From Glycera tridactyla (lineage: Eukaryota): a DNA stretch of 64,000 nucleotides. Every line of letters begins with the position of its first letter. The stretch's first letter is position 1. The notes under the pieces were generated by a model, which searched no databases, had not been told where the DNA came from, and saw nothing but the letters and a program-made list of their open reading frames with translations. Positions 54,201 to 64,000 of the stretch are shown piece by piece. A program made the translations under genes and the position numbers. The stretch spans positions 39,246,001 through 39,310,000 of the forward strand of contig OZ286477.1 of the NCBI GenBank assembly GCA_965644265.1, read 5' to 3'.

Positions 54201-57200
54201 TCAAACAAGAACAAATGTTGTCAGAAGAACATTCACTATCTAGTACAGCAGCACTGCAATCAATGTCTGTCACACAGTTGTCATCACCGACTTTCCGCAG
54301 AGTACAGGAAGTATTTTCATTTGTTGTATAGAATCCATCATTGCAAACACAAGTATCATTTTGACAAGAACTGTCGTTCACTGCATCATAACAGTCACTG
54401 TTTATAGAGCATGTTGCATCTCCGATCTTTCTCTGGATACACTCTGTGTTGTTATTGTATACTTGATATCCACTCACACAGGTGCAGCTATTATTCATGT
54501 TACAGAAACTATTCTGAACAGCATCACTGCAATCTGAGTTGAGGACACAGTTAGAATCACCAATTTGTCTTAATGTGCAGGATGTATTGCCATCTGTAGC
54601 AAAGAATCCGGAATCACAGTCGCACGTCCCTTCTACACAAGAACTGTTGGTCACTGCATCAAAACAGTCACTATTGGTGATGCATGTGTCGTCCCCTATC
54701 TGCCTTCTAATACAGTTTGTGTTGTTATCATGAACTTGAAATCCCGATATGCACTGACATGTACCATTATCAGAACATTCACTATCTTCAACAGCTGAAC
54801 TGCAGTCGGGATCTGTCAAGCAATTTGCACCACCTATTTGCCTCAATAAGCATGTATCATTGTCACTATTGGTGTAGAATCCAGTATCACACATGCATGT
54901 GTTGTTAATACATGAGCTATTCATGACAGCATCATAACAGTCTGCAGCTGTATCACATGTTGAATCACCTATTTTACGCAGAATACAGCTAGTATTATCC
55001 TGAGATACCTGATAGCCAGATATACAAACACATTGATCATCCAGACATTCAGAATTAGGAACTGCTGAACTGCAATCATCATCCAACATGCAGCTCTGGT
55101 CACCGATCATCCTCAAGGTACATGAAGTATTTCCATCAGTGACATAGAATCCAGTGTCACACAAGCATGTACCATTTGCGCAGGAACTGTTACTTATTGC
55201 ATCTGAACAATCTGACTTGATTGCACACGTTTCATCACCAATTTGTCGTAGAATGCATTCCGTATTTGTTGAAACCACTTGATATCCACTTAGACACAAA
55301 CAAATTCCGTCAATGCCACATTCACTGTTTCTAACTGCATCCTCACAATCCAGATCACTGAGACAGTTTGAATCACCAATTTGTCGCAATGTGCAAACCG
55401 TATTGTTATTGGTTGGGTAGGAGCCGGAGTCACACAAACAGGTGTTATTCAAGCAAGAACTATTAGTAATTGCATCGAAACAGTCACTAGGCTCACTGCA
55501 AGTAGCATCTCCTATGAGTCGACGTGTACATGTGGTGTTGTCAAAGCTCACTTGAAATCCAGATATACATTCACACACTCCAAAGGTAGAACACACACTG
55601 TTATCAACAGCAGCATTGCAGTCTTCATTATTATCACAGTTGGCATCACCAATCACCCTATGGGTGCAGGTTGTATTGTCATTTGTGCTGTAAAATCCAC
55701 TATCACACAAACATGTGTTGTTTGTACATGAGCTGTTAAACACTGCATCAGCACAGTCCTGGTCGATAGAGCATGTATCATCCCCAATCTTGCGTAGAGT
55801 GCATGTGGTATTGTCATCAGTAACTTGATATCCACTCAAACAGGAACAAATGTTGTCAGAAGAACATTCACTATCTAGTACAGCAGCACTGCAATCAATG
55901 TCTGTCACACAGTTGTTGTCACCGATTTTCCGCAGAGTACAGGAAGTATTTTCATTTGTTGTATAGAATCCATCATTGCAAACACAAGTATCATTTTGAC
56001 AAGAACTGTCGTTCACTGCATCATAACAGTCACTGTCTATAGAGCATGTTGCATCTCCGATCTTTCTCTGGATACACTCTGTGTTGTTATTGTATACTTG
56101 ATATCCACTCACACAGGTGCAGCTATTATTCATGTTACAGAAACTATTCTGAACAGCATCACTGCAATCTGAGTTGAGGACACAGTTAGAATCACCAATT
56201 TGTCTTAATGTGCAGGATGTATTGCCATCTGTAGCAAAGAATCCGGAATCACAGTCGCACGTCCCTTCTACACAAGAACTGTTGCCAACTGCATTAAAAC
56301 AGTCACTATTGGTGATGCATGATTCGTCCCCTATCTGCCTTCTAATACAGTTTGTGTTGTTATCATGAACTTGAAATCCCGATATGCACTGACAGGTACC
56401 ATTATCAGAACATTCACTATCTTCAACAGCTGAACTGCAGTCGGGATCTGTCAAGCAATTTGCATCACCTATTTGCCTCAATAAGCATGTATCATTGTCA
56501 CTATTGGTGTAGAATCCAGTATCACACATGCATGTGTTGTTCATACATGAGCTATTCATGACAGCATCATAACAGTCTGCGGCTGTATCACATGTTGAAT
56601 CTCCTATTTTACGCAGAATACAGCTAATATTATCCTGAGATACCTGATAGCCAGATATACAAACACATTGATCATCCAGACATTCAGAATTAGGAACTGC
56701 TGAACTGCAATCATCATTCAACATGCAGTTCTGGTCACCGATCATCCTCAAGGTACATGAAGTATTTCCATCAGTGACATAGAATCCAGTGTCACACAAG
56801 CATGTACCATTTACACAGGAACTGTTACTTATTGCATCTGAACAGTCACGATTGATTGTACATGTATCATCACCAATTTGCCGTAAGATGCATTCCGTAT
56901 TTGTTGAATCCACTTGGAATCCACTTAGACACGAACAATTTCCATCAGTGCTGCATTCACTGTTTTTAACAGCATCATCACAATCTCCATCACTGAGACA
57001 GTTCGAATCACCAATCTGCCGCAATGTGCAAACCGTATTGTTATTGGTTGGGTAGAAGCCGGAGTCACACAAACAGGTGTTATTCAAGCAAGAACTATTA
57101 GTAATTGCATCAAAACAGTCACTAGGCTCACTGCAAGTAGCATCTCCTATCAGTCGACGTGTGCAGGTGGTGTTGTCAAAGCTCACTTGAAATCCAGATA

Positions 57201-60200
57201 GACATTCACACACTCCAAGGGTAGAACACACACTGTTATCAACAGCAGCATTGCAGTCTTCATCATTATCACAGTTTGCATCACCAATCACCCGAAGGGT
57301 GCATTCTGTATTCTCAGCAGTTGGAAAGAATCCAGTATCACAAACACAAGTACCATTATAGCATGAGCTGTTAGAAACAGCATCTGAACAGTCTGTAGTT
57401 ATATCACAGGTAGGATCCCCAATTTTCCGCAAGTAACAGGAAGTTAAATCATTGGTTGCCTGGTAACCAGAATGGCATGAGCACTCACCTGCCTTGCAGT
57501 AAGAGTTGGGTATCGCAGCAGCACAGTCTTCATTTATTGCACAATTTGAATCACCAATCTTGCGTAGAGTACAAGTTGTGTTTGCAGCTGTTGCATAGAA
57601 TCCGATATCACAGTCACAAGTGCTCTCAACGCAGGAGCTGTTTCCAACGGCATCAAAGCAGTCTTGATCTTCTGAACAGGTGGTATCTCCAATTTTCCTC
57701 AAAACACATCCATCTGCATTTTCATTCACCTGATATCCACTTGTGCAGGTGCAAGTCCCATTTTCTGTGCATTCACTATTAGAGACTGCAGAACTACAAT
57801 CTGAATTTGTCTCACAATTATCATCTCCGATTTTGAATAAAGTACATGTGGTGTTCAAATCACTGGCATAGAATCCCGAGTCACATGTGCATGTGTTGTT
57901 CACACAAGAGCTATTCATAACAGCATTTGTGCAATCTGTATTGACTGTGCATGTGCTGTCGCCTATCCTTCTCAAAATGCAACTGGTATTATCAGCACTA
58001 ACTTGATATCCACTCAGGCACGTACATTCTCCAGAAGCCGAACACTCACTGTTAGAAACAGCATCATCACAGTCTGAATCTAGTACACAATTACTATCAC
58101 CGATTTTCCTCAGTGTACATGTAGTGTTAGCAGCTGTGACATAAAATCCACTGTCACAAGTACAAGTGCTATTAACACATGAACTATTACTCACAGCATC
58201 AGAGCAATCTAGGTCAGAATCACATGTTGAGTCACCGATTTGTCTTAAAGTACATGTAGTATTATCCGAACTGACTTGATATCCACTGGAACAAGTACAT
58301 ATTCCCGAGATGGTGCATTCACTATTTGCAACAGCTGATGTGCAATCACTGTCAGTAAGGCAGTTATCATCCCCTATTTGTCTTAGGATACAAGTTGCAT
58401 TGTCGATACTGTTGTAGAATCCACTATCACAAGCACAAGTATCATTGATACATGAACTGTTGGTGACTGCATCAAAACAATCACTATTGCTGGAACATGT
58501 TGCATCCCCTATTTTACGTAAGGTACATGTTGTATTGTCCGCGCTAACTTGATATCCACTGATACAAGCACATGTCCCGCCGTCTGTACATTCACTGTTA
58601 TCAACAGCAATGGCACAATCCGAGTTGGTCTCACAGTTGCTGTCTCCAATAACTCGCAACACACAGGTGGTGTTCCCATAAGCACTATAGAATCCAGTGT
58701 CACAGACACAGGTTGAGTTCACACATGAGCTATTGGACACAGCATCGCTGCAGTCAGACAGCGAGGTACATGTACTGTCACCAATCTTACGAAGAACACA
58801 ACTGGTGTTGTCATTATTTACTTGATATCCACTGATGCAGGTGCATTTACCTTCCTCTGTGCATTCACTATTACTGACAGCATTACTGCAATCTGAATCA
58901 CTCGCACAGTTGCTGTCTCCAATCTTCCTCAATGTACAGGTTGTGTTGGCATCAGTTGCATAGAATCCACTGTCACATGAACATGTGTTATTTACACATG
59001 AACTATTGGTCACTGCATCAAAACAGTCTCTATTACTCTCACATGTAGAATCACCAATCTGTCTTAGAATACATGTGGTGTTATCAGGGCTAACCTGAAA
59101 TCCACTTTGACAGATGCACGTCCCAGAGTCTGAACATTCACTGTTTGCAACTGCGGATGTGCAGTCGCTGTCAACCAGACAGTTGGCATCACCGATTATC
59201 CTGAGTATACAGGTGGTTTTATCGAGGCTGTTGTAGAATCCACTATCACAAGCACATGTGTCATTGATACATGAACTGTTGGTGACTGCATTGAAACAGT
59301 CACTACTGCTGGAACATGTTGCATCCCCTATTTTACGTAAAGTACATGTTGTATTATCAGTGCTCACTTGATATCCACTGATGCAAGCACATGTCCCATC
59401 TTCTGTACATTCACTGTTATCAACAGCAATGGCACAATCCGAGTTGGTCTCACAGTTGCTGTCTCCAATAACTCGCAACACACAGGTGGTGTTCCCATAA
59501 GCACTATAGAAACCAGTGTCACAGACACAGGTTGAGTTCACACATGAGCTATTGGACACAGCATCGCTGCAGTCAGACAGCGAGGTACATGTACTGTCAC
59601 CAATCTTACGAAGAACACAACTGGTGTTGTCATTATTTACTTGATATCCACTGATGCAGGTGCATTCACCTTCCTCTGTGCATTCACTATTACTGACAGC
59701 ATTACTGCAATCTGAATCACTCGCACAGTTGCTGTCTCCAATCTTCCTCAATGTACAGGTTGTGTTGGCATCAGTTGCATAGAATCCACTGTCACATGAA
59801 CATGTGTTATTTACACATGAACTATTGGTCACTGCATCATAACAGTCTCTGTCACTCTCACATGTAGAATCACCAATTTGTCTCAGAATACAGGTGGTGT
59901 TATCAGGGCTAACCTGAAATCCACTTTGACAGATGCACGTCCCAGAGTCTGAACATTCACTGTTCGCAACTGCGGATGTGCAGTCACTGTCAACCAGACA
60001 GTTGGCATCACCGATTATCCTGAGTATACAGGTGGTGTTATCAGGGCTGTTGTAGAATCCACTATCACAAGCACATGTGTAATTGATACATGAACTGTTT
60101 GTGACTGCATTGAAACAGTCACTATCACTGGAACATGTTGCATCCCCTATTTTACGTAAAGTACATGTCGTATTGTCATTGCTCACTTGGTAGCCACTCA

Positions 60201-63125
60201 CACATGAGCATGTGCCAGTTGATGAGCACTCACTGTTAGCAACTGCATCTGAGCAGTCAGTGTCAGATAAACAGTTGGAATCACCAATCATACGCAATGT
60301 ACATGTACTATTCCCATTAGTGCTATAAAAGCCACTATCACATACACACGTTGAGTTAACACACGAACTATTAGTTATAGCATCACTGCAGTCGGTGTTG
60401 ACACTGCATGATGAGTCACCAATCTTGCGTAGTTCACACTTACTGTTATCATTGCTCACTTGGAATCCGCTCATACATACACATGTACCATCTGCTGAGC
60501 ACTCACTATCCGATACAGCATCACTGCAATCGCTATCTTCATCACAATTATCATCACCGATAACGCGGAGCGTGCATGTTGTATTATCCGCTGTGGCGTA
60601 GAATCCACTATCACATGCACAAGTAGCATTTATACAGGAACTATTAGCAACTGCACTTGAACAATCCGAGTCCAGCGCACATGTGGAGTCCCCTATCTTC
60701 CGTAAAACGCAGGTTGTATTATCCTCACTCACTTGAAATCCACTCAGACAGGCACAAGTGCCTGATGACGTACATTCACTATTAGCAACGGCGTTGTGAC
60801 AATCACTACTGACGTTACAATTACTATCTCCAATCACACGTAGAGTACATTGAGAGTTCCCTCCTGTGGCGTAAAATCCACTATTACATTGGCATGTGTT
60901 ATTTACACAGGAACTATTCATAACCGCGTCATAACAATCGCTATTAATAGCACATGTTGTATCTCCAATTTGACGGAGGATACATGTGGTGTTATCCAAA
61001 CTGACTTGATATCCACTGATACATGCGCAACTTCCATTTTCACTGCATTCACTGTTAGCAACGGCATCTTGGCAATCTGAGGTGCTTTCACAGTTATCAT
61101 CTCCGATTTTTCTCAGTGTACATGAGGTGTTTGCTTCAGTGACATAGAACCCACTGTCGCATGCGCAGGTGTTATTCACACAGGAACTGTTCATCACGGC
61201 GTCAGAACAATCAGCATCCATGTTACATGATGCATCTCCTATCTTCCTCAGGTCGCATGTCGTATTATCATCACTAACTTGGTATCCACTCACGCACGCG
61301 CAGACTCCACCATCACTGCATTCACTGTTAGCAACCGCATCTTCACAGTCCGAGTCCATTTCACAGTTAGCATCCCCGATCTCACGGAGTGTACACACGG
61401 AGTTGTCATCAGTAGCATAAAATCCGCTATCACATGCACAGGTGTTATTGACACAGGAGCTATTTATCACTGCGTCTGAACAATCAGTCAGTACGCCACA
61501 AGTGGCATCTCCGATTTTTCGTAACGTACATGTGGTGTTATCCTCACTAACTTGATATCCACTCAAACACGCACAGGTCTCACCATCTGTGCATTCACTG
61601 TTTGCCACAGCCGAGCTACAATCCAAATTGGATTGACAATTGGATGATATTGTCCGAAGGATACATTCTGTGTTATCATCACTGGGGTAGAATCCAGTGA
61701 TACAGAGGCATGTGTTATTGCTACAAGAACTGTTACCAACGGCGTCGGAACAGTCTAAGGTCGTATTACATGTGCTGTCGCCGATTTGACGTAGATTACA
61801 TGACGTAAAATCGTCGCTGACGTGATACCCAGAGAGACAGACACACTCACCTGAGCTACAGTGCGAGTTGGCGACCGCCTCGTTACAGTCCTCATCCTGT
61901 TCACAGTTACTATCACCAATTTGACGTAACGTACACGTCGTGTTGTCATTGGTGGCGTAGAAACCTACGTCACAGGCGCACGTCGCGTTCACACAAGAAC
62001 TATTAACCACTGCATTGGAACAGTCCGTGTTCGAATCACATGTGTCATCGCCGATTTTCCGTAACGTACATGTAGTGTTATCCTCTGATACCTGGTATCC
62101 AGACACGCAGGTACATACGCCTCCCGTACATTCGCTGTTGGCGACTGCATCGCTACAATCGCTCGTCACGTTACAGTTTTCATCGCCAATTTGGCGTAAG
62201 GTGCAAGCGAGACCGGCGTTGGTTGAATAATAGCCAGAAATACAGACGCAAGTGCCATTGGCGCATTGACTCGAGACAACAGCGTCAGAGCATTCTTCAC
62301 TCGACTCACATTGCGTTGTTCCCATGGTTACAAGCACACAGTAGGTGCGATCATCACTAACAAGGTAACCATGGTTACATGCACATGTTGAATTTGTACA
62401 GTTGCTATTGGCAACTGCATCTGAGCAATCTGATTCTGATGAGCATGCATCTTCGATTGTACGAAGTAAACATTCCGTTAGATTGGTGTTTACTTTGAAC
62501 CCGCTTTCGCACTCACAGATATTGTTCACACATGTACTGTTGACAACGGCGGCACTGCAATCGACATCCGTTGTGCATGTTGCATCACCAATTTTACGTA
62601 ATGTGCACATTGTACCATTTTCGTTGCTATGGTAACCGTCATCACAGACGCAAGAGAAGGCCTCGCAAATACTGTTAGTAACAGCCGTGGAGCATTCTAA
62701 GTCATAATGGCATCCATCCCCTATCGTTCGCAGGACACATGTGGTGTTATCTTCATTCGCGAAATAGCCGACGTTGCATGTGCACACTCCTTCCGCGCAG
62801 TTGCTATTGGCAACCGCGTCACCACAATCACTATCCACCACGCACGTGTCGTCACCAATACGGCGTAATGTACACGTCTTGACGTCATCCTGGTTATATC
62901 CGGAGAGGCACTCGCACGTCGTGACGTTACAGTAGCTGTTGCTAACGCCGAATTCACACTGAGTGTCATTTTGGCATGTCTGTCCGAGGTAGCGAGGGTC
63001 GCATGTGGTTCCCGTGCCGTCGCTGATGTAGAGAAACTGACACTCGCACGAACCGTCCGTACATTCGCTGTACGTGACGGCATCGTTACAGTCGTCGTAC
63101 GTCGTACACGAATCACCGATCACCC
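51222..63125 (-). CDS. Giant exon (11,904 nt, phase 1-1) of a Cys-rich membrane protein; about 87 six-Cys EB-like modules alternating 45 and 46 aa
   Basis: 4003-aa ORF of LR(K/Q)IGDxxCxxxxDCxxAVxNSxCxxxxCxCxSG(F/Y)xxxxxNxxC repeats. Acceptor ttttctttgcctttcag|GG GTG ATC at 63125; donor GAT GCA G|gtgaaa at 51222 (a weaker in-frame donor lies at 51243). The ORF residues outside these sites are not repeat-like. Confidence 0.93.
54060..57305 (-). repeat. Intra-exonic tandem duplication, period 1,635 bp (12 modules), 2 copies
   Basis: ttgatatccactcaaaca at 54190 and 55825, and gcatcaccaatcaccc near 55643 and 57278, give the same offset. Long stretches are nearly identical, including third codon positions. 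Boundaries approximate. Confidence 0.88.
58400..60200 (-). repeat. Intra-exonic tandem duplication, period 819 bp (6 modules), about 2.2 copies
   Basis: actatcacaagcaca at 58423, 59242 and 60061; near-identical blocks in between. Boundaries approximate. Confidence 0.9.
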
Positions 63126-63242
63126 CTGAAAGGCAAAGAAAACCAACGTCATCTGATGCGGTAAACACGTGACGCACATTATTCTGTGACGTCATTTGAA
63201 ATTTTCGTTTCATGCAAAAACGTCATTTTGACTTGCGAGATT

Positions 63243-63454
63243 GAGTCATTTTCAATTCTTTGATCACTATTGAGAAATATCATTTCTCGATACCAAGTTG
63301 TGATGCGGCGGAAATTTGAATCATCATGTTAGAATTGAGAGAAAAAAGAGTTCCACAAGATTCAAACGTAAGAACTCCTATTTTCATTGCACATCACCTC
63401 AAAACGTACTGGCATGTGAATTTTGAACACTCAAAATGAATTGAAAATGACTTC
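63243..63454. mobile_element. Short MITE-like inverted-repeat element
   Basis: gagtcattttcaattctttga versus tcaaaatgaattgaaaatgacttc. Confidence 0.45.
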
Positions 63455-64000
63455 ATCATATGACAGACAAATAGGAGGGAATCTGATAATTAATGAGTCA
63501 TTAATTTCATGTGAATTCATGAGTTAGTGTTGTGTTTCGCATCACGATGACAATGGTTGCTACACATCGCTTGGTATTCCTGGAAAATCAACAAATATGG
63601 GACACAAACCTCACTCCAGTTCTCATGAGCTCCATTTCTAAAGAGATCATCGACATTCAGCAATCAGAGAGGATTATCCATACGATAATTCTGATAAAGA
63701 AAGACTATCAATTATTCCTATAATACGACAGAGAAAGACAGTTAGAGGTGCTAAACCTACAAGCAAGAATTATAGAAATGTCACTAATCTAGACTTTCGA
63801 ATGCGGCATGCTATGTGAGGCATTTCTGACAGATTAGGAAAGATTTCAGATGAGCTATAGTGAGATGTCGTCGACGATACTCGTATGTTACACGAGTTTG
63901 AATAGAGTTTGAATTTTGAAATGGAAATTGAATTTGAATGAAACCAGAAGTGTCGATGAATTTTAAAAAAGCGGTTTTTAAAATGTTGTTTTATCTTTCA

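Noticed and set aside
28406-63116. Many short antisense or off-frame ORFs overlapping the Cys-rich exons
   Set aside because: Shadows of the repetitive coding frame; 45393..45737 is an off-frame reading of a real exon.
63126-63213. MKRKFQ... as the start of the giant protein
   Set aside because: It has no signal peptide and overlaps a clear pyrimidine tract and AG acceptor at 63126-63143, so it is intronic.

Overview
Animal genomic DNA, probably an invertebrate (inferred from spliceosomal introns, LINE/SINE/MITE relics and microsatellites; the species cannot be identified). It has one 995-N assembly gap. Most of the window is one very large intron-containing gene on the minus strand. I reconstructed nine frame-consistent GT-AG exons by hand (63125-51222, 45728-44706, 41248-41150, 40133-39405, 35246-28317, 20416-20377, 19438-19404, 18616-18541, 11046-10928). 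Together they give 20,955 nt, about 6,985 codons. The product is a giant type-I membrane protein: roughly 100 six-Cys EB-like modules of 45-46 aa, then roughly 70-80 four-Cys modules of about 27 aa, three more six-Cys modules, a short stalk, one transmembrane helix and a cytoplasmic tail with tyrosine motifs. The 5' end (signal peptide) lies beyond the right edge of the window and the stop-codon exon is unresolved. Two exons are giants (11.9 kb and 6.9 kb), and the larger one carries near-identical internal duplications of 819 and 1,635 bp. The introns and the downstream region hold degraded LINEs, a SINE-like family, several MITEs (including a CCGG-flanked TGT...ACA Ginger1-like dimer), minisatellites, and two families of long hairpins with GNA triloops and tandem G.A mismatches that work on one strand only.
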